Source: Clostridia bacterium (GTDB lineage: Bacteria > Bacillota > Clostridia > Christensenellales > CAG-138). From it: DNA of 64,000 bases. Both the position numbers and the translations under genes were made by a program. This document shows positions 37,064-46,740 of the stretch, piece after piece. The notes beneath the pieces were generated by a model. It was not told the DNA's origin, made no database searches, and saw only the letters and a program-made list of their open reading frames with translations. The stretch covers positions 1,038-65,037 of the forward strand of contig JAEDCW010000002.1 of the NCBI GenBank assembly GCA_016293975.1, written 5' to 3'. Within the stretch, counting starts at the first letter, position 1. Each line of letters starts with the position of its first letter.

Positions 37064-38602
37064 TTACTTTATGAGGGAGTGGCCGGTCATTTCGAGGGGC
37101 TTCCCAATACCCATCAACTCAAGCAATGTCGGGGTAATGTCGCACAATCTGCCGTCGCTTGCGAGTGTTGCACCCTTATGATTGTTAGACACCAGTATAA
37201 AGGGCACCTTGTTTGTGGTGTGAGCTGTGAATGGCTCGTGATTTGCATCCCACATCTTCTCGCAATTGCCGTGGTCTGCGGTTATTATACATTGTCCGCC
37301 CATATCGAGTATCGCTTTGACGACTTTCTTACAGCATGCGTCGACCGCTTGGAGCGCTTTGACAGTGGCGTCAAACTTGCCCGTGTGACCTACCATGTCG
37401 GGGTTCGCGAAATTGAGTATTATCACATCATATGCACCGGAGCGTATTCTCTTTTCGGCCTCGTCAGCTACCTCGAATGCACTCATTTCAGGCTTCAAGT
37501 CGTATGTTTCGACCTTCGGGGAAGGTATAAGCACACGATCTTCGCCGGAGTTGGGTGCTTCGACGCCGCCGTTGAAGAAGAATGTCACATGGGCATACTT
37601 TTCGGTTTCGGCAATCCTAAGCTGCTTAAGTCCGAGGGTCGAAATGTATTCACCGAACGTATTGTTAAGGTTTTGGGGCTTGAATGCTACTTCGAGCTTG
37701 CCGTCAAACGCCTTGTCGTACTGTGTCATGGTTACATAGCGCAAGGGGTAACAGCCGTTTTTGCGCTCAAATCCAGTGAAGTCATTGAACAGAAATGCGC
37801 GCGTAATTTCGCGCGGTCTGTCCGGGCGATAGTTAAAGAATATTACGCTGTCATTGCGCGAAATCCTCGCAACGGGAGCGCCGTTCTCGGTAATTACGGT
37901 GGGGAGTATGAACTCGTCCGTAACGCCGTTCGCGTATGAATCCTCAATGGCTTTAACGGGGTCTGTTGCATATACGCCGTCGCCGTTTGCAAGCGCATTA
38001 TACGCCTTCTCAACCCTCTCAAAGCGGTTGTCCCTGTCCATTGCGTAGAATCGGCCTGAGACGGTAGCGATCTTGCCACAGCCTATCTCCGACAGCTTTT
38101 TCTGTACACGGCGAATGTAATCTGCGCCGCTGTCCGGGGGAACGTCTCTGCCGTCCATAAAACAGTGTATGAATACCTTGTTCAGCCTGTGGCGCTTAGC
38201 AAGCTCAACGAGTGCATAGAGGTGGCTAAGCATGCTGTGAACGCCACCATCGGAACAAAGCCCCATCAAATGGAGTGCACTGTCGTGAACCTTGCAGTTC
38301 TCTATTGCGTGCAGAAACTCGGGCTTGTCGAAAAAGTCACCGTCACTAATAGACTTGTTTATTCTGGTAAGCTCCTGATAGACGATTCTTCCTGCACCTA
38401 TGTTGAGGTGTCCGACCTCGGAGTTTCCCATCTGTCCCTCGGGAAGACCCACAGCCAATGCAGAGGCGTTTACAAACGTATGTGGGTATTCGTTGAGAAG
38501 GCTACGGATAAATGGAGTGCCGGCGGCAACAACAGCGTTGCCGTCGGTCTCATCTCTGTGTCCAAAGCCATCCAATATGATCAATGCGGATAGTTTTTTC
38601 AT
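37064..38602 (-). CDS. gpmI: 2,3-bisphosphoglycerate-independent phosphoglycerate mutase
   Basis: Contains ALIILDGFG, GNSEVGHLNIGAGR, ADHGNCE and other iPGM blocks. The start is at ATG 38602 (MKKLSALII), preceded by GGAG, 11 nt after the pgk-tpi stop. Confidence 0.92.
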   Translation of the reverse strand: MKKLSALIILDGFGHRDETDGNAVVAAGTPFIRSLLNEYPHTFVNASALAVGLPEGQMGNSEVGHLNIGAGRIVYQELTRINKSISDGDFFDKPEFLHAIENCKVHDSALHLMGLCSDGGVHSMLSHLYALVELAKRHRLNKVFIHCFMDGRDVPPDSGADYIRRVQKKLSEIGCGKIATVSGRFYAMDRDNRFERVEKAYNALANGDGVYATDPVKAIEDSYANGVTDEFILPTVITENGAPVARISRNDSVIFFNYRPDRPREITRAFLFNDFTGFERKNGCYPLRYVTMTQYDKAFDGKLEVAFKPQNLNNTFGEYISTLGLKQLRIAETEKYAHVTFFFNGGVEAPNSGEDRVLIPSPKVETYDLKPEMSAFEVADEAEKRIRSGAYDVIILNFANPDMVGHTGKFDATVKALQAVDACCKKVVKAILDMGGQCIITADHGNCEKMWDANHEPFTAHTTNKVPFILVSNNHKGATLASDGRLCDITPTLLELMGIGKPLEMTGHSLIK

Positions 38603-38613
38603 AGTACTCCAAA

Positions 38614-40542
38614 TCAATAGCAAACAACCCTGGAGAAATCCTGTGCCTTGAGGCTTGCTCCGCCTATAAGTCCGCCGTCGATGTTTTCCTTCTGCATAAG
38701 CTCAGAGGCGTTCTTGGGATTCACGCTTCCGCCGTACTGTATGCGTACAGCTTCTGCGGTAGCATTGCCATAAAGCTTTCTTATAGTATCACGGATTACA
38801 GCGATAGTCTCATCCGCAACTTCTGCAGTTGCGGTCTTGCCAGTGCCTATTGCCCATATCGGTTCGTAGGCAATTACGAGATTTGCTACAGCTTCTGCCG
38901 AAATGTCCTTAAGTGCATTTTCGACTTGTGATGCTACGAATTCGTTTGTTTCGCCGTTTTCGCGCTGAGCAAGGCTTTCACCAACGCAGATGATGGGGAT
39001 GATGCCGTGAGCAAGTGCCGCCTTTGTACGGGCGTTAACAGTCTCGTCCGTTTCGCCAAAGTACTGCCTTCTCTCGCTGTGCCCGATTATTGCGTACTCT
39101 ACACCGAGCGCAGTAAGCATAGACGGACTTATCTCTCCAGTAAATGCGCCGCTTTCGGCCCAGTGTACGTTTTGTGCACCAACGTGGATGTTCGAGCCCT
39201 TAACAGATTCGATAACAGCAGGCAGACACGTGAATGGAGGACATACTACGACGTCACATGTGGCGTCAGTAATGAGAGGAACTAGCTCGCTTATGAGTGC
39301 GCGCGCTTCGTCTGGGGTCTTGTTCATCTTCCAGTTGCCGGCAATAATCAGCCTGCGGAAGTCAGTGAGTGCGGCTATACCTGGGAGCACCTTGCCTTCG
39401 AGGAATTCAAGGGATGCCCCGCCGCCCGTAGAGACGTGGCTCATCTTATCGGTAAGCTTGAGCTTCTTTACAGCGGAAGCGGAGTCGCCGCCGCCTATTA
39501 TAGTGATTGCGTTGCTCTCTGCGCAGGCTTTGGCTACATCGGCAGTACCATGGGAGAATGCTTCAAATTCAAATACGCCCATAGGTCCGTTCCATATGAT
39601 CGTCTTTGCCTTGCTAATCTCTTCGGCGTAGATTTTGCGGGTCTTTTCTCCGATGTCGAGACCTTCCCAACCGTCAGGTATTGAATCTGCCGGGACAGTC
39701 ATATGCTCGGCATCAGCGGAATACTCCTTTGCTACTACCGTATCGACGGGAATCAACATACGGACATTTCTTTCCCTGGCTTCATCGAGAAGCTGCTTCG
39801 CAAGCTCTACGCTTTCAGCGTCGAGGTACGAATCGCCTATGCTATATCCGAGCGCCTTGAAGAATGTGTACGCCATTGCGCCGCCGATAAGCAGTACGTC
39901 GCACTTCTGCAGGAGATTACGTATGACCCCTATCTTGTCGGAAACCTTCTTGCCGCCGAGTATCGCGATGAACGGACGTTTGGGATTGTCAAGCGCACTC
40001 TGCAGATAGTTCAACTCCTTTTCAATGAGGAAGCCGCATGCCGCTGGGAGGTAATGCGTCACCCCCTCTGTTGAAGCGTGTGCCCTGTGCACGGTACCGA
40101 ATGCATCAGATACGTATACTTCACCAAGAGACGCAAGCTTGCGCGCGAACTCGGGGTCGTTATCGGTCTCTTCCTTGTGGAAGCGGACATTCTCAAGCAG
40201 CAAGAGCTCGCCGTCATTTAGCACCGCCGCCTTTGTCTGAGCGTCTTCTCCGATTACGTCAGAAGCAAATATTACGTTAACGTTGGGCAAAAGGGTACGC
40301 AGCTTTTCGGCAACAGGTGCAAGCGAAAACCTGGGGTCGAATACTCCCTTGGGACGACCAAGGTGCGAGCATACTATTACCTTTGCACTCTTATTGAGCA
40401 GATATTTAATTGTCGGAAGCGCAGCTACAATGCGCTTATCATCGGTTATATTGTGACTCTCATCGAGGGGCACGTTGAAATCCACACGGACGAGCACCCT
40501 TTTATGCGCTACGTCTATATCTCTTACAGTTAGCTTTGCCAT
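38614..40542 (-). CDS. pgk: bifunctional phosphoglycerate kinase / triosephosphate isomerase (in-frame fusion)
   Basis: Residues 1 to about 397 are PGK ([37 protein letters not shown]). They continue without a stop into TIM ([32 protein letters not shown]). No start codon or SD is visible at the junction. Confidence 0.9.
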   Translation of the reverse strand: MAKLTVRDIDVAHKRVLVRVDFNVPLDESHNITDDKRIVAALPTIKYLLNKSAKVIVCSHLGRPKGVFDPRFSLAPVAEKLRTLLPNVNVIFASDVIGEDAQTKAAVLNDGELLLLENVRFHKEETDNDPEFARKLASLGEVYVSDAFGTVHRAHASTEGVTHYLPAACGFLIEKELNYLQSALDNPKRPFIAILGGKKVSDKIGVIRNLLQKCDVLLIGGAMAYTFFKALGYSIGDSYLDAESVELAKQLLDEARERNVRMLIPVDTVVAKEYSADAEHMTVPADSIPDGWEGLDIGEKTRKIYAEEISKAKTIIWNGPMGVFEFEAFSHGTADVAKACAESNAITIIGGGDSASAVKKLKLTDKMSHVSTGGGASLEFLEGKVLPGIAALTDFRRLIIAGNWKMNKTPDEARALISELVPLITDATCDVVVCPPFTCLPAVIESVKGSNIHVGAQNVHWAESGAFTGEISPSMLTALGVEYAIIGHSERRQYFGETDETVNARTKAALAHGIIPIICVGESLAQRENGETNEFVASQVENALKDISAEAVANLVIAYEPIWAIGTGKTATAEVADETIAVIRDTIRKLYGNATAEAVRIQYGGSVNPKNASELMQKENIDGGLIGGASLKAQDFSRVVCY

Positions 40543-40680
40543 GTCTATCCTCCGGAAAAATAATCGTTAGTATTCTACCACAGCGAGCAGTTTTTACAAG
40601 GAAAATACGAATTAAATTAGTTCCAAAATGCAGTTTAACCAATATTATCGAAGTTTTCCGCAGATTGCGTATCGTTTTGC

Positions 40681-40709
40681 TTGCACTGTCGTAAAAGCCA
40701 TGATATAAT
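40681..40709 (+). promoter_or_regulatory. sigma-A-type promoter for secG
   Basis: TTGCAC (40681-40686), 17 nt spacer, TATAAT (40704-40709). Confidence 0.55.
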
Positions 40710-40735
40710 TCTACGATTACTTAGGAGGTTTTAGT

Positions 40736-40975
40736 ATGGAATTAGCTCTCAACATAGTTCTTATTCTTTGCTCAATCGTATTGATAGCTTCAGTTCTCCT
40801 TCAGTCCACAAAGAGTGCAGGTCTCGGCGGTGCTTATGGCGGAGACACAGAATCTTTTACGGCTCGCGGAAAAGCTGCCAGCAGGGATAAGAAACTGCAG
40901 AAGGTTACCGTAATCTCAGGAATTGCCATAGCGGTTATAGCAATTGCAATGCTGCTCTACAGAGCTTTGGCGTAA
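40736..40975 (+). CDS. secG: preprotein translocase subunit SecG
   Basis: 79 aa with two TM helices separated by a Gly-rich loop (LLQSTKSAGLGGAYGG). AGGAGG lies upstream. Confidence 0.8.
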   Translation: MELALNIVLILCSIVLIASVLLQSTKSAGLGGAYGGDTESFTARGKAASRDKKLQKVTVISGIAIAVIAIAMLLYRALA

Positions 40976-41005
40976 TCGGTAAAAGTTCGCTGCAATTTAG
41001 CAACC

Positions 41006-41030
41006 AACGGTATGGAAACATACCGTTTTT
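41006..41030 (+). terminator. intrinsic terminator after secG
   Basis: AACGGTATG-gaaa-CATACCGTT followed by TTT. Confidence 0.75.
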
Positions 41031-41079
41031 GCTTGGCTTACGGTGTGATTGATGTTATTATACTCTTGGTGGTGATTAT

Positions 41080-41556
41080 ATGCCTATAAAAAGAGGAACT
41101 AAGCCTATCGCCCAAAATAAAAAGGCGAGGCACGAATACTTCATAGAGGAAACATACGAGTGCGGACTTGTGCTTTTGGGTACGGAAGTAAAGAGCATAA
41201 GGGCAGGCAAAGTCAACTTAAAGGACTCCTACGCGAAGGTCGAAAATGGGGAGATGCTTATTATCGGCATGCACATTTCGCCTTATGAGCAGGGAAATAT
41301 AAACAACAGAGACCCTTTTAGGACGAGGAAGCTTCTGCTCCACAAGAGGGAGATATTAAAGCTTCAGCGTCTCAGTCAGGCGGACGGATACAGCCTCATA
41401 CCGCTTCAACTTTATCTGCGCGATGGGCTTGTTAAGCTCGAACTTGCCGTTGCAAAGGGCAAGAAACTCTACGACAAGAGGAGCTCGATTGCCGAGAGGG
41501 ATGCAAAGCGCGATATGGACAGGCGAATGAAGGAAGAACACAGAAAATATGAGTGA
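41080..41556 (+). CDS. smpB: SsrA-binding protein SmpB
   Basis: Contains [45 protein letters not shown] and a basic C-terminal tail. Confidence 0.93.
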   Translation: MPIKRGTKPIAQNKKARHEYFIEETYECGLVLLGTEVKSIRAGKVNLKDSYAKVENGEMLIIGMHISPYEQGNINNRDPFRTRKLLLHKREILKLQRLSQADGYSLIPLQLYLRDGLVKLELAVAKGKKLYDKRSSIAERDAKRDMDRRMKEEHRKYE

Positions 41557-41588
41557 CAGATGAATTAAAGATATACTCTTGCACTGTA

Positions 41589-41617
41589 TTGATTAAATAC
41601 GGTGCTTTTATTATAAT
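41589..41617 (+). promoter_or_regulatory. sigma-A-type promoter for glyA
   Basis: TTGATT (41589-41594), 17 nt spacer, TATAAT (41612-41617). Confidence 0.55.
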
Positions 41618-41650
41618 TGACGTAACAGAAAAACGGAGGAATATGTTTTT

Positions 41651-42886
41651 ATGATACAGTTTGATGTTATCAAGAAGGCAGACCCGGAAGTTGCAGCGGC
41701 AATGGAGCTGGAACTCGGACGTCAGAGGGACCATCTCGAACTCATCGCATCCGAAAACTTCGTAAGCGAGGCCGTTATGGCAGCTATGGGCAGCCATTTG
41801 ACAAACAAGTACGCCGAAGGCTATCCCGGCAAGCGTTATTATGGCGGTTGCGAGTTCGTCGATGTAGTGGAAGAACTTGCAAGGAAGCGCGCATGTGAGC
41901 TTTTCGGCGCAGACCATGCCAATGTACAGCCCCACTCCGGTGCTTCCGCGAATCTGGCGGTTTACTTTGCACTGGTAGATCCAGGCGACACAATCATGGG
42001 TATGGACCTCTCACACGGTGGCCACCTAACACACGGCAGCCCCGTAAATATGTCAGGTAAGTATTATAACTTCGTTCCCTATGGCGTAGCAGAGGGCACC
42101 GAGCAGATAGATTATGACAACATGAGAAAAACAGCTCTCGAGTGCAAGCCCAAGCTCATCGTAGCCGGCGCAAGTGCATATGCAAGAGCGATAGATTTCC
42201 AGAAGATCTCTGAGATTGCCAAGGAAGTCGGCGCATACTTCATGGTCGATATGGCGCATATTGCAGGTCTCGTTGCGGCTGGTCTGCACATGAACCCCGT
42301 CCCCTATGCCGATGTAGTAACGACGACGACACATAAGACTCTCCGCGGACCGAGAGGCGGACTCATTCTCTGCAAGAAAGAGCTTGCAAAGACGATCGAC
42401 AAGGCTATATTCCCCGGACTGCAGGGCGGTCCGCTTATGCACGTAATTGCCGCAAAGGCAGTTTGTTTCCATGAAGCACTCAAGCCCGAGTTCAAGGCGT
42501 ATCAGCAGCAGGTAGTAAAGAATGCCGCAACACTCGCACAGGCCCTCGTAGCCAACGGAATGCGCATAGTATCAGGCGGCACCGATAATCATCTGATGCT
42601 CGTCGACTTGACTTCTACAGGCAGAACAGGCAAGGAAGTTGAGGCACTCCTCGATGCGGCTAACATCACAGTAAACAAGAACACTATACCGTTTGAGACG
42701 AGAAGCCCCTTTGTTACAAGTGGTATCAGGATCGGCACACCCGCAGTTACCACACGCGGCCTCAAGGAGAACGATATGTTGCTTATCGCATCGTTCATCT
42801 CCCGTATTGCACACGAAGGCGAATCGGCTGTCGAGAGCGTCAAGGAAGGCGTGCTCGCACTCTGCGCACAGCATCCTCTCTATTAA
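41651..42886 (+). CDS. glyA: serine hydroxymethyltransferase
   Basis: Contains [26 protein letters not shown] and the PLP-Lys block [14 protein letters not shown]. Confidence 0.95.
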   Translation: MIQFDVIKKADPEVAAAMELELGRQRDHLELIASENFVSEAVMAAMGSHLTNKYAEGYPGKRYYGGCEFVDVVEELARKRACELFGADHANVQPHSGASANLAVYFALVDPGDTIMGMDLSHGGHLTHGSPVNMSGKYYNFVPYGVAEGTEQIDYDNMRKTALECKPKLIVAGASAYARAIDFQKISEIAKEVGAYFMVDMAHIAGLVAAGLHMNPVPYADVVTTTTHKTLRGPRGGLILCKKELAKTIDKAIFPGLQGGPLMHVIAAKAVCFHEALKPEFKAYQQQVVKNAATLAQALVANGMRIVSGGTDNHLMLVDLTSTGRTGKEVEALLDAANITVNKNTIPFETRSPFVTSGIRIGTPAVTTRGLKENDMLLIASFISRIAHEGESAVESVKEGVLALCAQHPLY

Positions 42887-42904
42887 TTCACAACCCTACA
42901 TGGT

Positions 42905-42932
42905 GGTGGGCAGAATGCTTGCCACCTTTTTT
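42905..42932 (+). terminator. intrinsic terminator after glyA
   Basis: GGTGG(G)CA...TGCCACC followed by TTTTTT. Confidence 0.6.
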
Positions 42933-42947
42933 ATTCTACTGTATAAT
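42919..42947 (+). promoter_or_regulatory. sigma-A-type promoter for nadD-yqeK/rsfS, overlapping the glyA terminator
   Basis: TTGCCA (42919-42924), 17 nt spacer, TATAAT (42942-42947). The -35 lies inside the 3' arm of the glyA terminator. Confidence 0.5.
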
Positions 42948-42967
42948 TGTTGCACGGAGGTAGCTGT

Positions 42968-44128
42968 ATGCGCATCGGAGTTTTCGGAGGAACGTTTGAT
43001 CCGATCCACAAGGCACATATGGAGGTGGCGGAGTTTGCGAGAGATCAATTTGAGCTTGACCTTATCTATATTGTCATTGCCGGCGATCCCCCCCACAAAC
43101 AGGGTGAACGCACACCAGGCGAGATAAGATACGAAATGGTAAAGCGCGCGTGTATCGGACGCAAAGGGTTGATGGCTTCTGATATTGAGCTTAAGCGGGA
43201 GGGCAAGAGCTACACCGTTGACACGCTTAAAGAATTCAGGCGTATTCACCCGTCAGATGAGCTTTTTCTGATTATCGGTGCAGATATGCTTGCATCGTTT
43301 GAGAGTTGGTACAAGCCCGATGAGATATTGCAATCCGTTCAGCTTATAGCTGTAGGCAGAATGAATATCGATACCGAGGCCATAGCCAAGCACATAGGAG
43401 AGAAATACGGTTCAAAAGTCCTGATATCGTCCATGCTTGAGATGGATATTTCTTCGACGCAGATACGGGATGCTGTAAAAAATGCGAGAAGTATATCGGG
43501 GCTCGTTGAGCAAGACGTTGCAATATATATCTACGAAAGTGGATGTTACATGGAGCCGGAGTATAATCTATACAGGCAAAAGCTGCAGAAAGACTTGGCT
43601 CCGCAGAGGTATCTGCATTCGATAGGCACGTCGTATTACGCCGTAGAGCTCGCCTGTTTTTACGGCGCAGATTCTAAGAAAGCGCGCATTGCCGGTCTGC
43701 TGCACGACTGCGCAAAGCTTCCGTCGTATCAGGCACAGATTGCGCTTGCGATAGCTTATCATATGCCCGATACTGTGATTGCGCTTGCTCCGGCTTTGCT
43801 TCATGCGCCGCTGAGCGGAGTAAGAGCAAAGTGCGAGTACGATATCGATGATGTCGAAATAATCAACGCTATCGATTGTCATACTACAGGGAGAGAGAAT
43901 ATGACCCTGCTGGACAAGATAATATTTGTTGCAGACAAGGCTGAACCTGTGAGAGAATATGAGGAGGCGGGCGAATTGAGAAAGCTCGTATTTGGGGGAA
44001 TAGACAAGGCGGTGCTCTTTGCGATGGACAGAAGTATAGAACACGCTAAGTCAAAGGGTGGAAAAATAGACAATCGAACGCAAATAGCGCGTGAATCAAT
44101 AATTAAGACCATGGAGGAGAATCAATGA
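42968..44128 (+). CDS. nadD: fusion of nicotinate-nucleotide adenylyltransferase NadD and the HD-domain hydrolase YqeK
   Basis: The N-terminal ~195 aa carry GVFGGTFDPIHKAH and ISSTQIR (NadD). The C-terminal ~190 aa carry HD-domain motifs (YLHSIGT, LLHDCAK, CHTTG, FVADKAEP), as in YqeK. The start is at ATG 42968, after GGAGG. Confidence 0.85.
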   Translation: MRIGVFGGTFDPIHKAHMEVAEFARDQFELDLIYIVIAGDPPHKQGERTPGEIRYEMVKRACIGRKGLMASDIELKREGKSYTVDTLKEFRRIHPSDELFLIIGADMLASFESWYKPDEILQSVQLIAVGRMNIDTEAIAKHIGEKYGSKVLISSMLEMDISSTQIRDAVKNARSISGLVEQDVAIYIYESGCYMEPEYNLYRQKLQKDLAPQRYLHSIGTSYYAVELACFYGADSKKARIAGLLHDCAKLPSYQAQIALAIAYHMPDTVIALAPALLHAPLSGVRAKCEYDIDDVEIINAIDCHTTGRENMTLLDKIIFVADKAEPVREYEEAGELRKLVFGGIDKAVLFAMDRSIEHAKSKGGKIDNRTQIARESIIKTMEENQ

Positions 44129-44502
44129 GTAGAGAGCTTAGGGAAACGGTGTTGGAGCTGTGCGGAATACTTGACGATCGTAAGGCAGAGGACATAGTAG
44201 CCGTTGACGTGGCAGACAAGACAATTATTGCGGAGTGGTTTATAGTTTGCAGTGGCACTTCAATGGCGCACGTTAAGGCGCTTTGTGATGAGGTTGACGA
44301 GAAGTATCCCGAGAATGAGCTTACGCTGAAACGTATCGAAGGCTATGACAGTGCGAGGTGGATTGTCATGGACTTTGGCTCGATACTTATACACATATTC
44401 TACCCGGAGGAGCGCGAGTATTACAAGATGGAGCGTTTGTGGATAGACTCCCCGGAAGCGTGTATCAACTACTCGCACGATATCGAGGCAAGGCTCATTT
44501 GA
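44125..44502 (+). CDS. rsfS: ribosomal silencing factor RsfS (iojap family)
   Basis: Contains DDRKAEDIVAVDV, WFIVCSGTS..HVKAL and GSILIHIFYPEEREYY. There is an ATGA overlap with nadD-yqeK. Confidence 0.88.
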   Translation: MSRELRETVLELCGILDDRKAEDIVAVDVADKTIIAEWFIVCSGTSMAHVKALCDEVDEKYPENELTLKRIEGYDSARWIVMDFGSILIHIFYPEEREYYKMERLWIDSPEACINYSHDIEARLI

Positions 44503-44520
44503 GCGCAATTGAACAGATTA

Positions 44521-44550
44521 AAAGGGTGTGCCGTAAATGGTACACCCTTT
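44521..44550. terminator. bidirectional terminator between rsfS and the DD-carboxypeptidase gene
   Basis: AAAGGGTGT-gccgtaaatggt-ACACCCTTT. Confidence 0.7.
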
Positions 44551-44571
44551 GTGCTTAACACTTATGTACGC

Positions 44572-45963
44572 TTATCTCTTTCTTGTGACGTAGTAGCCGC
44601 GTCTACGCGCTCTGATGCGACCGGATTTCTTGGACATAATCAGCATTATTATCAACACGACTACGATAATGAGTACTGCCAGCAGAATCCAGACTAACAG
44701 CCAGCTTCCGGACTTTTCTTCATTATCAATTATTTCGAGCGTAGGCTCGGGGCCGGTGGTCTGTGTTGCGAGGTCGGCAACATCTCTTGATGCCACGAGG
44801 TCAGCAGTCAAGAAAGTGAAGCCTTTGTACGAGTAAACCACGGTTCCGATAACGTCGCCCTGCTTTACAGGTGCTTTTACGGAATCCGCGTCCTGTATGG
44901 TAACGGTGACGAGGGATGGATCGGCTTTGATTGCGGCTATATCGTCACTAAGCATGGAGACGGATGAGGTTGATAGATCTGCGACGATACTGAGCATACC
45001 TGAACCCGCATCGCTAAGGCTGGCATCGCTCACCTGGACGGTAAACTGCGTCTGCATACCTAAATCGGCGGCGGAAGCTGTTTCGAGCTTTTCAAATGCC
45101 CACTCGAATATGCTCTTCGCATTCTTGAAGCGATACTCAGACGCTACCTCGTATTCGTTGTCGCCGAGTATTACGAGTATAAGGTTGCGGTCATTCTTTG
45201 TTGCCGATGCTACCAAGCAATAGCCGGATTGAATCGTATTTCCCGTCTTGATTCCCGTCGCGTATTCGTATTCGATATTGGCTTTGCCATTGCCCGTTGC
45301 AATAAGTCTATTGCTGTTAGTAAGTGTATAGCCGTTGGACTTTTTGCTAGTAGGGCTGGTAGTGTACTGCTCGGTGGAGACGATCTTTCTAAATGTCTCG
45401 TTCTGCATCGCATACCTTGCAAGCAAAGCCATGTCGTAGGCTGTCGAAACGTGCTCCTCGTTGTGAAGTCCGTTGGCATTCATGAAATGGCTCTTTGTCA
45501 TGCCTATCTCGGCGGCTTTTTCGTTCATTATTGCCGCAAATTCGGAACGTCCACCCGCAAGCTTGTGCGCTATGGCGTCGGCGGCGTCATTTCCGGATAC
45601 GAGCATGAGTCCGTAGAGCAGATCGCGCATAGAGAGCTTTTCTCCCTCGCGTATTCCCATACAGGAACCTCTATCGGTAACGGGACCTACGGAGAATGTT
45701 TCGTCGAGGTCTGTGGTTTTTTCCAAAGCAATTATGCAGGTAAGTATCTTTGTTGTACTTGCCGGATAAAACTGGGTATCACCCTGCTTGTGGTATATTA
45801 CAGTCCCCGTATCTGCGTCCATAAGCAGAAAGTATGGGGTAGAAATGCTTTCAGGGTCAAACTCGGCACGACTTAGAGGTGTGAACGCCATAAATAATAT
45901 GACGACACAAAATACCAGGTAAAGTATGCTTCTTCTTTTCACTCTTATCTTCCTTTCACACAT
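44572..45963 (-). CDS. D-alanyl-D-alanine carboxypeptidase (S11, PBP5/DacB-like) with C-terminal membrane anchor
   Basis: Motifs SxxK (PASTTKILT), SxN (VSGND) and KTG (IKTGNT). A C-terminal TM helix WLLVWILLAVLIIVVVLIIMLIM is present. The start is placed at ATG 45963, which gives a basic n-region plus signal peptide. The ORF-track start is TTG 46008. Confidence 0.8.
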   Translation of the reverse strand: MCERKIRVKRRSILYLVFCVVILFMAFTPLSRAEFDPESISTPYFLLMDADTGTVIYHKQGDTQFYPASTTKILTCIIALEKTTDLDETFSVGPVTDRGSCMGIREGEKLSMRDLLYGLMLVSGNDAADAIAHKLAGGRSEFAAIMNEKAAEIGMTKSHFMNANGLHNEEHVSTAYDMALLARYAMQNETFRKIVSTEQYTTSPTSKKSNGYTLTNSNRLIATGNGKANIEYEYATGIKTGNTIQSGYCLVASATKNDRNLILVILGDNEYEVASEYRFKNAKSIFEWAFEKLETASAADLGMQTQFTVQVSDASLSDAGSGMLSIVADLSTSSVSMLSDDIAAIKADPSLVTVTIQDADSVKAPVKQGDVIGTVVYSYKGFTFLTADLVASRDVADLATQTTGPEPTLEIIDNEEKSGSWLLVWILLAVLIIVVVLIIMLIMSKKSGRIRARRRGYYVTRKR

Positions 45964-46114
45964 AGGAAAAGGATTCCCTACACAAACTAATCTGTATGAG
46001 TATACCAAAATTCGGACAAGTTTGTATATACATAAATAAAAAAAGCATATACTTATAAGTGGAAATCTTTAGAGGTACGCAGATATGTGATACAATTAGA
46101 AGGAGGTGATTTGC

Positions 46115-46642
46115 TTGCTTATTAAAGGATACCCGATGGCTAAGTTGATTGCGCTGTATGTGTTGAACAGCTACAGGGATGATATTTCCATAGATACTTT
46201 GAGCGGATTTATTTCGGATAACGGATGGGTGCCATATCTCGAAATCAAGGGTGCGATAATTGACCTTGAGGCGGCGGGCATGGTGGCTGCGGTCCCGCGC
46301 CCGTTCGGTCAGTCATACAGAATCACCATGTTGGGCGAGGAGACAGCAGAGACGTTCAGAGAACAGCTGAGGCAATCGATGCGCAACGATATAGATGCAA
46401 AGCTGGCGGAAAAGCGAGATGAGTTCATTGCGCTCTCGAGGTATTTCGGAGACTGGGATATGCAGCATGACGGGACATACAAGGTGACTCTGAGCGTTGC
46501 GGAGGGCGATAGGCTGATATTCTCGATGATGATAGTACTTCCCGATATTGAAACGGCAAAAGAAGCGGTCAAAAACTGGAGATGCGATGCACCCGATATA
46601 TATGCGTTCGCATTCGGGAAGTTATTTTCAACAGCGAAATAA
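46115..46642 (+). CDS. DUF4364-family protein (putative winged-helix regulator)
   Basis: KLIALYVLNSYRDDISIDTL... matches my memory of DUF4364 N-termini. Two starts are possible: TTG 46115, 8 nt after AGGAGG, or ATG 46136. The start is ambiguous. Confidence 0.55.
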   Translation: MLIKGYPMAKLIALYVLNSYRDDISIDTLSGFISDNGWVPYLEIKGAIIDLEAAGMVAAVPRPFGQSYRITMLGEETAETFREQLRQSMRNDIDAKLAEKRDEFIALSRYFGDWDMQHDGTYKVTLSVAEGDRLIFSMMIVLPDIETAKEAVKNWRCDAPDIYAFAFGKLFSTAK

Positions 46643-46680
46643 CGGCAAAGCATGTGACAAAGCAATAGTCTTTATAGAAT

Positions 46681-46717
46681 AAAACGGGCGCCTGCGGACG
46701 CCCGTTGCATTTTTTTT
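46681..46717. terminator. bidirectional terminator between the DUF4364 gene and the PG-binding protein gene
   Basis: AAAACGGGCG-cctgcgga-CGCCCGT followed by TGCATTTTTTTT. Confidence 0.7.
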
Positions 46718-46740
46718 GCGGTAATTCACCGGCTTAACTA

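Noticed and set aside
41557-41650. Expected tmRNA (ssrA) downstream of smpB, as in Bacillus.
   Set aside because: The gap to glyA is only 94 nt and contains a promoter. That is far too short for a tmRNA of about 350 nt, so ssrA must be elsewhere.
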